This document shows, piece after piece, positions 40,500-49,677 of a DNA stretch of 64,000 nt. The stretch comes from Dehalococcoidia bacterium (GTDB lineage: Bacteria; Chloroflexota; Dehalococcoidia; Lucifugimonadales; GCA-002694895). The notes under the pieces are model-generated. The model was not told the DNA's origin. It searched no databases and saw nothing but the letters and a program-made list of their open reading frames with translations. Numbering within the stretch: position 1 is the first letter of the stretch; every line of letters begins with the position of its first letter. The stretch is taken from contig JBJLGN010000025.1 in assembly GCA_045564835.1 (NCBI GenBank), forward strand, positions 2,809-66,808, read 5' to 3'. The position numbers were made by a program, and so were the translations under genes.

Positions 40500-41474
40500 T
40501 TAATCTTTTGCTAAGTCTTTTAAAGTGTCCAAAAAACCTGGTAGTATATTTTTCCAATCCCCGACAGCGCCTATTTCAGCATCCTTAAATATATTTGCAT
40601 CAATATTCTTGTCAATAGAAACAATATGCTTAGAATTCCCACATCCAGCCATATGCTGACTTGCACCAGAAATACCAACAGTAAAGTAAAGATTTGGAGA
40701 AATATCTTTTCCTGTTAATCCAATTTGATAAGAATGATCTTTCCATCCAGCGTCACAAACTGCTCTTGACGCTCCTACTGCAGCATTTAGTAAAGTAGCT
40801 ATTTCATCTAATGTTTCAAAAGGTTCAGGGCCTCCTAATCCTCTGCCGCCCGCAACAACAATTTCAGCATCCTCTAATTTTATTCCTTCTGATTGCTCCT
40901 GTATTCTTTCTAAAATTTGAGTATTAGTATCAAAAGTAAGTTCATTTTCATAAAACTCAATATCTGGGGCAAGGGAACTATCAGTTAATTCTTCAAATAC
41001 CTTTGTTCTAACACAAAATATTTGGCTTTCCGTATTAGCTTTGACTTTGGCAAAGTAATTACCTCCAAATACTGGTCTTACTCCTATCCATTTATCATCA
41101 TCAATTTCTATGTAGAGGCAGTCATTCACTATTCCTATATTACAACTATAAGCTAGCCTTGTTGCCAAATCTTGTCCAATAGAAGTTTTAGGAATTATAA
41201 TCTTACTGGGGTTTAAGGTTGTTACTATATTACTTGCAACTTTCTTTAATATATTAGGATTAAATTTATTTGTATCAAGATTTTTAGTAGCAATAACTTT
41301 TGAAGCCGGAATAGATTTTAATATAGATTCCTTAGATTCCAAATTATCTCCAAGAGCTGCAACAGTAACTGTAGAATTATCATAACCAAGTTCTTTTAGC
41401 ATAAATAACATTTCTAATAAACTTTTGTCATATCCATCATCATTAACTTCTGTAAAGACTAAGATTTCACTCAT
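40500..41474 (-). CDS. etfA: electron transfer flavoprotein subunit alpha
   Basis: 324-aa ORF with the C-terminal FAD-binding region VVAGGRGLGGPE...AVGASRAVCDAGW...QIGLTGK...YFTVGISGASQHMAG. Confidence 0.9.
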   Translation of the reverse strand: MSEILVFTEVNDDGYDKSLLEMLFMLKELGYDNSTVTVAALGDNLESKESILKSIPASKVIATKNLDTNKFNPNILKKVASNIVTTLNPSKIIIPKTSIGQDLATRLAYSCNIGIVNDCLYIEIDDDKWIGVRPVFGGNYFAKVKANTESQIFCVRTKVFEELTDSSLAPDIEFYENELTFDTNTQILERIQEQSEGIKLEDAEIVVAGGRGLGGPEPFETLDEIATLLNAAVGASRAVCDAGWKDHSYQIGLTGKDISPNLYFTVGISGASQHMAGCGNSKHIVSIDKNIDANIFKDAEIGAVGDWKNILPGFLDTLKDLAKD

Positions 41475-41485
41475 TAATTGATCCT

Positions 41486-42280
41486 TTAAATTAAATTTTT
41501 ATCACGAAGAGTAATTGCCAAATTTCTACCTATGTCGTATTCATCTTCGCCTTCTATAAATTCGCAATTTGAATTTTTTTCAGGAATAAAAATATCTACT
41601 ATTTCGTTATTAATCTTTAAATCTTCTGGTTTTAAATCCAGATCAGATAAAGAAAACATAGTTGGTTGAATTTTGCCGGCTGCCATAATTCCTCTTAAAT
41701 TAGGATATCTTGGTTCTCCATATTCATTACTTACTGTAATTAAAACTGGTGTCGTGCTTTTAACAATTTCACTTCCACCAGGAATTACACGATCGACTGT
41801 GATTTCATTATTTTCAACATTAATACCTTTAGCAAGAGTAACACATTCAATGTCAAGTAATTCAGCTACTCCAATCGGAACTTGTGCATTGTCCCAGTCA
41901 GATGCGTGCCTTCCACATAATATAAGATCGAAATCACCAATTTTTTTTATTGCACTATGTAACACTTTAGAAGTAATAAAAGGATCAGCTTGATCTAATA
42001 TCTCATCTTTAACTAAAAAAAGATTTTGACAACCCATAGATAATGGTTTTTTGATTACATCCATACTAAAATCTTTTCCGATAGACAAAACAGAAATTTC
42101 AGTGTCAGGAATTTGTTCTTTAATTCTGATTGCTGCCTCAACAGCGTTTTCATCAAATCCATTAAGAACTGTTGAAACTCCTTGTTTAGGAGAAAATTTC
42201 CAGTTATTTGAATCTATTTCGATAGAATTAACTGGAACTTCCGGATCTATAACTTCTTTCACACAGACTAATATTTTCAT
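41486..42280 (-). CDS. etfB: electron transfer flavoprotein subunit beta
   Basis: 264-aa ORF with MKILVCVKEV...NGFDENAVEAAIR...LILCGRHASD. It lies upstream of etfA. Confidence 0.9.
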   Translation of the reverse strand: MKILVCVKEVIDPEVPVNSIEIDSNNWKFSPKQGVSTVLNGFDENAVEAAIRIKEQIPDTEISVLSIGKDFSMDVIKKPLSMGCQNLFLVKDEILDQADPFITSKVLHSAIKKIGDFDLILCGRHASDWDNAQVPIGVAELLDIECVTLAKGINVENNEITVDRVIPGGSEIVKSTTPVLITVSNEYGEPRYPNLRGIMAAGKIQPTMFSLSDLDLKPEDLKINNEIVDIFIPEKNSNCEFIEGEDEYDIGRNLAITLRDKNLI

Positions 42281-42411
42281 TTAACACCATTAATATAATA
42301 AAAAAGAGTTATATAAAATTATCTCTTCTTTATAAATAAGTTGTCAAACGTTATTAGATTAAATTTATATTAAAAATAGCAAACAAAAACACACAAATAT
42401 TAAAAAAATAC

Positions 42412-42439
42412 TTGACAAGTTTTAAACAAGTATTAAAAT
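42412..42439 (+). promoter_or_regulatory. sigma70-type promoter upstream of the zinc-ribbon ORF
   Basis: TTGACA (42412..42417), a 16-nt spacer, then TAAAAT (42434..42439). A strong AAAGGAGAG Shine-Dalgarno sequence lies 5-6 nt before ATG 42466. Confidence 0.5.
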
Positions 42440-42465
42440 ATATATAATTTAAGAAAGGAGAGAAT

Positions 42466-42921
42466 ATGCAGCAGCCAGCAGAAATATTAACTAACAATAC
42501 GACTCTAAAAGAAGTCAAAACAAGAGCAAAAGCATCTCAAATGCGATGTCCAAAATGTTCTAGTGCTATAGTAAAAACATACTATGAGCCACAATGTTTA
42601 CAATGTGGATACGTAGATTACTCTACACCATTGGAGAAAATACAATCTCCTGGAAGTACAGTTGTAGGATCTGCAACAAGGTATATGGTTAGATACAAAG
42701 GGCATTCGGACAATTTTAAAGAAAAATTAGCACACGTAAAAGTGGTAAGACAAAAAAATAGAATAATTTTTGACGTAAATTGCCCTTTTTGCGATTCTTC
42801 AATGGAACAAACATCATTGTCTGGAAAAAGGAAGGATTTAAGAGAAGAAAGATTTAAATGTAATCAAGGACATAGAGTTTCTTTAATACCATCCAAAAGA
42901 AATGGTATTACTTGGAGATAA
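42466..42921 (+). CDS. hypothetical double zinc-ribbon protein
   Basis: 151-aa ORF with CPKC-x12-CLQC, then CPFC...CNQGH. It has the best promoter and Shine-Dalgarno signals in the window. Confidence 0.6.
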   Translation: MQQPAEILTNNTTLKEVKTRAKASQMRCPKCSSAIVKTYYEPQCLQCGYVDYSTPLEKIQSPGSTVVGSATRYMVRYKGHSDNFKEKLAHVKVVRQKNRIIFDVNCPFCDSSMEQTSLSGKRKDLREERFKCNQGHRVSLIPSKRNGITWR

Positions 42922-42975
42922 ATAAATACAAATTATTTAGACAATTTTAAATAATTTGTAAGTTATAATTTTTCT

Positions 42976-43821
42976 ATGAAAGAAAAATTGCTAGTTACTA
43001 TACCTGTCTACAAACAGTACGAAGAAGATCAGCTAAATTTGATTGATAAAATTAATGCTGATCATTTTGTGGTACCACAAATTTCATCAGTTAGAACTGA
43101 TATATTTTCTTTAGCGTATCTCATAAAAAAATCTACAAATAAAACAATCATTTTAACTATTAATACTGTTGATACAAATCTGAGATTTATCCAATCAAGA
43201 ATATTAGGGGCAAAATTATTCAATATGTTTAATTTTGTTATAACTAAAGGAGATACTAACTCTTTACAAAAATCTAGAGAAAAAAGAGACAAAGATTCTA
43301 AACCAATATTCGAGTACCCAACAACAAAAGTAATAAAACACTTATCAAGTATGATAGAAGGATCAGATTTTTTAGGTAATCATATAGTAAAAAATCCAAA
43401 ATTATTTTTAGGAAGTACAATAGAATTAAACAATATATCTAAGCAAAATATAATTTTGGTCAATAAAAAAATAAAAAATGGAGTTAAATATTTTATATCA
43501 AACCCAATTTATGACTCTGGAATTTTTAAAGATTTCACCACTAAGTATAAAATACTTACTAATGAAAAATTTAAAACTGACGTATACATTAGCATAAGAA
43601 TGGATTTACCCAAAACTGCTTTTTATGACAAAGAATTTAATTTAGACAATTATAAAAATCAAAATATTACCAAAGAAAAATTTTACTTACAATTAATTAA
43701 TGATTTCAAAAATAATAAAATAAATAAATTTAATTTTGTATTACCCTCAACTCATTACGATCCAATTGAAATTAGCAATCAAATATCACTAATTAACAAA
43801 CTAGTTAAAAATATAAATTGA
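42976..43821 (+). CDS. divergent methylenetetrahydrofolate reductase (MetF)-like TIM-barrel protein
   Basis: 281-aa ORF. By eye, LVTIPVY, DHFVVPQISSVRTD, IILTINTVDTNLRFIQSRILGAKLFNMFNFVITKGD and NGVKYFISNPIYD line up with the MetF blocks FEFFPP, FVSVTYGA, HLTC...IRHIVALRGD and GANRAITQFFFD. The similarity is weak. Confidence 0.4.
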   Translation: MKEKLLVTIPVYKQYEEDQLNLIDKINADHFVVPQISSVRTDIFSLAYLIKKSTNKTIILTINTVDTNLRFIQSRILGAKLFNMFNFVITKGDTNSLQKSREKRDKDSKPIFEYPTTKVIKHLSSMIEGSDFLGNHIVKNPKLFLGSTIELNNISKQNIILVNKKIKNGVKYFISNPIYDSGIFKDFTTKYKILTNEKFKTDVYISIRMDLPKTAFYDKEFNLDNYKNQNITKEKFYLQLINDFKNNKINKFNFVLPSTHYDPIEISNQISLINKLVKNIN

Positions 43822-43898
43822 ATAATTAGTATTTTTAATTGTCATTTATATCTAAATACATAATAATTATTGTTAAATAAAAATTATAGGGGATAAAA

Positions 43899-45110
43899 AT
43901 GAGTATATATGAAGAATTTGGTGCAAGAAGTATTTATAATCTTGCAGGAACTTCTACAAGAGTAGGCGGACCAGTTCTTTCTGAAGAAGTTGCTAATGCA
44001 ATGGTTGAAGCATCTCAACACTCTGTAGATATGACAGAATTACAAGCAAGCGCATCAGATTATATTTCTAAAATAACTGGATCTGAAGCGGCTTATGTTA
44101 CAGCAGGTGCCTCTGCTGGATTAACAATGGCAGCAGCAGCAATTCTTGCAGGCTTAGACCCATCAAAAATGGAAGAACTTCCAACCGTAAAATCTCAAAA
44201 AAATCAATTTATCATATCTAGAGAACACAGAAGTGGCTATGATCATGCTTTCCGGTTGGCTGGAGCAGAAACAATTGATGTTGGAATGAATGAGATTCTA
44301 TCAGGAGCTGGTGTTAGAAGAACTGAACCTTGGGAATACGAAGCTGCTATTAACGAAAGAACAGCTGGAATTATTTATGTGGCCACAGATAACTCAGAAC
44401 CTAGTATAGAATCAATAGTAGAAATAGCAAAAAAACACAAATTACCAGTTGTTGTAGATGCAGCAGCTCAACTACCTCCCAGGGATAACCTTAGGTACTT
44501 TATAGAAAAAGGAGCTGACTTAGTAGCGTATAGTGGGGGTAAAGCTATAAAAGGACCTCAATCATCAGGGATATTATGTGGTAAAAAAGAATATATAAGT
44601 TCTGTTGCATTACAATCTTTAGATATGGATGAATTCTTTGAAATTTGGAACCCACCGTCAAATTTAATCGACAAATCTAAAATTAGTGCAATACCAAGGC
44701 ACGGTATAGGAAGAGGATTTAAAGTAGCAAAAGAAGAAATAGCAGGACTGCTTGTTGCACTCAGAGTTTTTATAGAAAAAGATATAGAATCTGAGATGAA
44801 ACAAGCAACAAAATTACTAGAAATAATTAATAAAGAGATTCAATCATTAAATTCAGATAAAATAACAACAGTCGTCAAATCACCTTCAAATAAAGAGCAA
44901 TATCCAACGCTAGACATTCATGGCGAAAACATTAATCTTTTTAAATTAAGTAATCGATTAAAAACCGCTGATGGATTATTTTTGAACGAAACGGGGTTAA
45001 ACCAAAAATTCCTAACAGTTCATCCAATGAATTTATCAATTGAAAATATTAAAAAGATATCTTCAGCGTTAAAAGCTAGCATAAAAGAATTTATAAAAAA
45101 TGGGAATTAA
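43899..45110 (+). CDS. SelA-like PLP-dependent enzyme (L-seryl-tRNA selenium transferase / DgaE-like family)
   Basis: 403-aa ORF. VAYSGGKAIKGPQSSGILCGKKEYI matches the SelA-family PLP-lysine block (FSGDKLLGGPQAG). It lacks a SelA N-terminal tRNA-binding domain. Confidence 0.6.
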   Translation: MSIYEEFGARSIYNLAGTSTRVGGPVLSEEVANAMVEASQHSVDMTELQASASDYISKITGSEAAYVTAGASAGLTMAAAAILAGLDPSKMEELPTVKSQKNQFIISREHRSGYDHAFRLAGAETIDVGMNEILSGAGVRRTEPWEYEAAINERTAGIIYVATDNSEPSIESIVEIAKKHKLPVVVDAAAQLPPRDNLRYFIEKGADLVAYSGGKAIKGPQSSGILCGKKEYISSVALQSLDMDEFFEIWNPPSNLIDKSKISAIPRHGIGRGFKVAKEEIAGLLVALRVFIEKDIESEMKQATKLLEIINKEIQSLNSDKITTVVKSPSNKEQYPTLDIHGENINLFKLSNRLKTADGLFLNETGLNQKFLTVHPMNLSIENIKKISSALKASIKEFIKNGN

Positions 45111-45112
45111 TT

Positions 45113-45409
45113 ATGGAACTAAAAGTAGGATCAAGAATAAAATGCTTAAAAACCTCTGCTGAATTTATGGTAGTAAAATTAGGAGATGGAATATTAACAA
45201 ATTCTGATCAAGAATTAGTCTTATCAACTTCTGAAAAAAACAGCGATACGGACAACTCATTAGAAGGGCCCGGTAACGTACTTGGTAAAAGATATGAATC
45301 ACAAAGTGGTATTATAGTTTTATGCACAAAAGCAGGTGCAGGTATTATTACCTGTGATGGTGAACCAATGACAGAAGTAAAACCAAAAAGGCTTCCTTCC
45401 TCAGATTAA
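45113..45409 (+). CDS. conserved-looking small hypothetical protein
   Basis: 98-aa ORF starting 2 nt after the SelA-like gene. The C-terminal block is LGKRYESQSGIIVLCTKAGAGIITCDGEPMTEVKPKRLPSSD. Confidence 0.5.
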   Translation: MELKVGSRIKCLKTSAEFMVVKLGDGILTNSDQELVLSTSEKNSDTDNSLEGPGNVLGKRYESQSGIIVLCTKAGAGIITCDGEPMTEVKPKRLPSSD

Positions 45410-45410
45410 C

Positions 45411-46208
45411 TTATAAAATTCTTATATATGGCGGATAAGAAGATTCGTAGGTGTCTTTATGTTTGTTAAGATGTTTATTTGCAAATGGTATTTTTTTTAA
45501 AAAATGCATCTTCCCAGCTTGATACAATATTCTTGGTACTGTTAAAAATGTATTGAAAGGCATTTTACAAATAAATTTGAATAAGTTTTTATCAGTAATT
45601 TTATAAAATTCACCTTTAAATCCAGATTTGAACTGAAGTTTGCTATCTTGGTACAAATCTATATGTACTGATAAATCATTCAAAAAATCTTTACTTATTC
45701 TAAATTGATAATATCCCGAAACATCATATAAAGGAGATACTCTGAGGTTTTTGGGTGTTTCATAAATATAATATTTATTATCTTTACTTATATTATTTTT
45801 TAATAAATACAAATATCCTTCTCCAAATGTATTATTAACTTCAGCTATATGGCAAATAATATCTTGATCTTCGTTTAAAACATAATAAATAGTTATGGGG
45901 TTAAATGTGTGATTAAGGAATCTGATTGTTGTAAGAGAAAAAATTTGACTTACATTATCAGTTAAGTCAAATGATGATAAATATTTTTTTAATTTGTCAG
46001 ATATATTTAATTTGTTTTTATGAAGAAAATCATTGTCAGAAAATCTGAATACACCAAGGTTGTTATATTTGAATAATTTCAAAGAATCATTTAAATCAGA
46101 AAGTTCCGAGATGTCAAATAAAAACATTAAAACGTCATAAGAAAATGAATTAGTTGTTTTTCCTAAACGCTGATGATAAATTTTAGATTTAATAATTTTA
46201 GAATTCAT
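45411..46208 (-). CDS. DUF1365 family protein
   Basis: 265-aa ORF. The N-terminus IYHQRLGKTTNSFSYDVLMFLFDISEL fits the DUF1365 pattern (H-x-R...F-x-Y...D-L-x-E-L). Confidence 0.65.
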   Translation of the reverse strand: MNSKIIKSKIYHQRLGKTTNSFSYDVLMFLFDISELSDLNDSLKLFKYNNLGVFRFSDNDFLHKNKLNISDKLKKYLSSFDLTDNVSQIFSLTTIRFLNHTFNPITIYYVLNEDQDIICHIAEVNNTFGEGYLYLLKNNISKDNKYYIYETPKNLRVSPLYDVSGYYQFRISKDFLNDLSVHIDLYQDSKLQFKSGFKGEFYKITDKNLFKFICKMPFNTFLTVPRILYQAGKMHFLKKIPFANKHLNKHKDTYESSYPPYIRIL

Positions 46209-46212
46209 AAAT

Positions 46213-47463
46213 TTAATTTATTGAAATAACAAATTTTTTAAAAGCATCATAGGCAGATTTCACACCGTCTTCGTGAAATCCATTTCCCATGTAACTTCCA
46301 GCAAAAAAAACATTATATTGGCCATTTACAGATTTAATTATCTTTCTTGTATTTAAAGAGTTGTGATCAAAGACAGGGTGTTGATAGAAGGTTTCATAGA
46401 GAATTTTATCTTGATTGGGTTCAAATATTGGATTTAAACTTACAACATATGTTTTATCTGAACAGATTTTATTTAAAAAATTCATGTTATAAGATATAGA
46501 AACATGTTTCTGTTCATTTGAATTGTTTTCCATATAATTCCAAGAAGCCCAATATTTTTTTGGAGGCAATAATTTAGTATCTGTATGTAAGTAAACATGA
46601 TTATTTGAATATTTCCATTCATTTAAAGATGAATAAGTATCAATCAAATCAGAAGACTGAAGCATAGAAAATGCCTGATCTGCATGAGTGGAAATAAAGA
46701 CTTTATCAAAAACCATTTCTTTGCTACCAGTAAAAACTGTCACTTTGTTTTGAAAAGAAATAATTTTTTTTATTTCTGTGTTCAAAATAATTTTTGGGTT
46801 AGTATGATTTATTATTTTTTCTATATATGAAATACTTCCGTTTTTTATGTATTTCCATGAAGGTCTATCTCGAAAATCAAGCAATCCGTGATTCATATAG
46901 AATTGTGCAAAAAAATCAGCATTCCAATGTTGTATATTATTTGTTGGACTCGACCATATTGCTGAAGCTAGTGGTAAAAAGTAATTGTCAACAACATTAT
47001 TTGGATAGTTGTTATTATTAAAATATTCGAATAATGAGCTTTTTTTTAAATTACCTTTAATATAATCATTTTTTAAAATTTTAGTGTATTTATAAATATT
47101 TTTTAATAAATTAATTTTTTCAAAATCAAAAAACGAATCAGGCATCAATCCACTTATGCTCTTACCAGAATAACCTTTATTTTTATCAGAATTCCAATAT
47201 GAGAAAGACATATCAGAATTAGCATAATCAACATCTAAGGTGTTCATTATTTCCAGAAATTTAGGATAATTTTTATCATTAAAAACAATGAATCCAGTAT
47301 CAATTTTCAATCCACCATCTGTATTACCTTCAATTGTATGAGAATTTGTATGGCCACCTAATTTACTTTCTTTCTCAATCAATGTTACATCATAATTAAA
47401 TTTATTTAAGAAATAACATAAACTTAATCCTGAAATTCCTGATCCTATAATACCAATCTTCAT
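46213..47463 (-). CDS. FAD-dependent oxidoreductase (amine-oxidase/desaturase-like)
   Basis: 416-aa ORF with MKIGIIGSGISGLSLCYFL (GxGxxG) followed by a conserved E (LIEKE). Confidence 0.75.
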   Translation of the reverse strand: MKIGIIGSGISGLSLCYFLNKFNYDVTLIEKESKLGGHTNSHTIEGNTDGGLKIDTGFIVFNDKNYPKFLEIMNTLDVDYANSDMSFSYWNSDKNKGYSGKSISGLMPDSFFDFEKINLLKNIYKYTKILKNDYIKGNLKKSSLFEYFNNNNYPNNVVDNYFLPLASAIWSSPTNNIQHWNADFFAQFYMNHGLLDFRDRPSWKYIKNGSISYIEKIINHTNPKIILNTEIKKIISFQNKVTVFTGSKEMVFDKVFISTHADQAFSMLQSSDLIDTYSSLNEWKYSNNHVYLHTDTKLLPPKKYWASWNYMENNSNEQKHVSISYNMNFLNKICSDKTYVVSLNPIFEPNQDKILYETFYQHPVFDHNSLNTRKIIKSVNGQYNVFFAGSYMGNGFHEDGVKSAYDAFKKFVISIN

Positions 47464-47467
47464 TATT

Positions 47468-48463
47468 TTACTTATTTAAAAGAACATGTGCGACTAAATA
47501 CTCTTCTCCATTGTGTATTTTGAATAATTCTGAGCATGCTAATATAAAAACTTTCCAGCGATTATAATGAATTTTTGGTGACAATTTATCATCATTGAAA
47601 TTTGTTTTCATAATTTTATTTTTATTCAACTTTAAATTTTCATACCAGAATTCTAAAGTTTTATGATAATTCATACCAGATATTGACCACGAGTTTTCTA
47701 TTTTATAAGGATGATCTATTAATTTTAATATATCTAAATTTGGCATAGATCCGCCAGTAAAAAAATATTTTTCCATCCATGAATTGTTATCTTTACTAAA
47801 ACGATAGTAATAATCCTTATGGCAGAAATAATGAAGAAAAAGTCTTCCGTCATTGCTTAGCCATTCGGAAGTATTATTCAGCAGTTTACTCCAATTATTC
47901 ATATGCTCAAACATTTCTATGGAAATTATCCGATCAAATTTAATATTTGTACTAAAATCACTAATATCAGATTTGATAACTTGTACATTTTGCAAATTTA
48001 ATTTTTTCAATTTATTTTCAATAAATGTTTTTTGTAACTGAGAGTTTGTAACTGCAACAAATTTAGAATTTGTGTACTTGGATGCATAATAAAGCGTAGA
48101 AGATCCCCATCCGCAACCCAATTCCAAAATTTGTTGCCCATCATCTAAAAGAGCTCGTTTTGAAACCAAATCTAACATTTGATTTTCTAATTGGTCTAGA
48201 GAGTCTGATTTCAAATTTTTCAAACCAGAACTATATTTCATAAATTTACCTAAAATCATTTCAAAAAATTCTATCGGAACTTCATAATGTTGATCATTAG
48301 CTTCATTGGAGTGAGTGCTAATTTCACCAGTTGAAAATAATGTTTTAATATCATCATTATTTGACGACAAGGTGTTTAATCTATTTAATAATTGAATTTT
48401 TATCCCTAGTCTGAGTAAATAATCAGGAATCAATCCATTATCAATAAGTTTATCGTACCACAT
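47468..48463 (-). CDS. cyclopropane-fatty-acyl-phospholipid synthase family SAM methyltransferase (short paralogue)
   Basis: 331-aa ORF with the QHYEVP motif and SAM motif ILELGCGWGSSTLYYA. It has the CMAS-family C-terminus. Confidence 0.75.
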   Translation of the reverse strand: MWYDKLIDNGLIPDYLLRLGIKIQLLNRLNTLSSNNDDIKTLFSTGEISTHSNEANDQHYEVPIEFFEMILGKFMKYSSGLKNLKSDSLDQLENQMLDLVSKRALLDDGQQILELGCGWGSSTLYYASKYTNSKFVAVTNSQLQKTFIENKLKKLNLQNVQVIKSDISDFSTNIKFDRIISIEMFEHMNNWSKLLNNTSEWLSNDGRLFLHYFCHKDYYYRFSKDNNSWMEKYFFTGGSMPNLDILKLIDHPYKIENSWSISGMNYHKTLEFWYENLKLNKNKIMKTNFNDDKLSPKIHYNRWKVFILACSELFKIHNGEEYLVAHVLLNK

Positions 48464-48468
48464 ACTAT

Positions 48469-49671
48469 CTATTCCTTAAATTTTGAAAAAACGATTTGAG
48501 AAGTTCCGATAAGTTTATTATTAAAACCTGCAGCACAATAATCAAAATAATAATTCCATTTTTTAATAAAAATATCGTCATATCCAAGATCAATAATTTT
48601 TTCTCTGTTTTTATTAAAATTATTTTTCCATAATTGCAACGTATTAACATAATGCTCAGATATATCAGTAATTTTTTCAGGTTTTAATCCGGCATATCTA
48701 TCTGCTGCATCTATTATTCTATTTAATGGATGAATCATCCCGTTTGGAAAAATATATTTTTGAATGAAATCTGTATTAGATTTGTAAGAGTCAAATCTTG
48801 ATTCAGGAATTGTAATTACTTGTATAAATAATTTTCCGTAGGGATTTAGAATATTTTGAATTTTTTGAAAAAACACTGAAATTTGTGTGTAGTTTAGTGC
48901 TTCCAGCATTTCAATCGAAGCTATCTTGTCAAATTTTCCATTTAATAATCTAAAATCCATTAGTTTAAAATTAATTTTTTTTCTCATTTCTTCATTTTGA
49001 TTTACATATTTTAGTTGTTCTTCAGATAAAGTGATTGCTTCAATATCACAATTGAAATTATCAAGAATTTGTTTGCAAAGTCCGCCCCATCCAAATCCAA
49101 TATCTAAAAACTTATCTTTAGATTTAAGTTGTAAATCATTTGAAATAATTTTAAATTTGTTTTTTTGAGCTTCATGTAAAGAAGATTCTGAATTTTTAAA
49201 CACACCGCAAGAATATGCCATAGATTCATCAAGAAACAACGAAAACATTTCATTACTTAAATCATAATGCTTTTTAATATCATTTCTTTCGTCTTTTTGA
49301 AAAAACAATTTAAATTTAGTATAAATATATTTAACTGGAGCGTATATAAATAACAAAAGATTAGTTAATCTTCTATTAATAGAAAGTTGGGGATTTTTCG
49401 CGAGTATATCTAAAGAATTATATAAGCTTTCAGTTTCCCATTTCCCATCCATGTAACTTTCTGCAAAACCAATGCCTTGCCTCAGCAACAAATCCTGAAA
49501 AAAAGATCTATCATTAACAACAATATTAGAATTTAGTTTAGAACTCCTATCACCAAATACGTATTCTCGATCTGTATCTATAATATGAATAGTCAAACAA
49601 CCCACACTAATTTTTCGAAATAAATACAGAACTATGTATTGTGATATAAAATTAAAGATATTTTTAAACAT
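48469..49671 (-). CDS. cfa: cyclopropane-fatty-acyl-phospholipid synthase family SAM methyltransferase
   Basis: 400-aa ORF with KHYDLSNEMFSLFLDESMAYSCG, SAM motif FLDIGFGWGGLC and SIEMLEA. Confidence 0.8.
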   Translation of the reverse strand: MFKNIFNFISQYIVLYLFRKISVGCLTIHIIDTDREYVFGDRSSKLNSNIVVNDRSFFQDLLLRQGIGFAESYMDGKWETESLYNSLDILAKNPQLSINRRLTNLLLFIYAPVKYIYTKFKLFFQKDERNDIKKHYDLSNEMFSLFLDESMAYSCGVFKNSESSLHEAQKNKFKIISNDLQLKSKDKFLDIGFGWGGLCKQILDNFNCDIEAITLSEEQLKYVNQNEEMRKKINFKLMDFRLLNGKFDKIASIEMLEALNYTQISVFFQKIQNILNPYGKLFIQVITIPESRFDSYKSNTDFIQKYIFPNGMIHPLNRIIDAADRYAGLKPEKITDISEHYVNTLQLWKNNFNKNREKIIDLGYDDIFIKKWNYYFDYCAAGFNNKLIGTSQIVFSKFKE

Positions 49672-49677
49672 TATCTA

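Noticed and set aside
41673-42284. Two plus-strand ORFs (106 aa and 77 aa) antisense to etfB
   Set aside because: They are shadow frames inside a motif-supported etfB gene.
48465-48650. 61-aa minus-strand ORF overlapping the 3' end of the long cfa gene in another frame
   Set aside because: It lies inside the motif-supported cfa ORF. The sequence is Ile/Leu-rich and low-complexity, so it is spurious.
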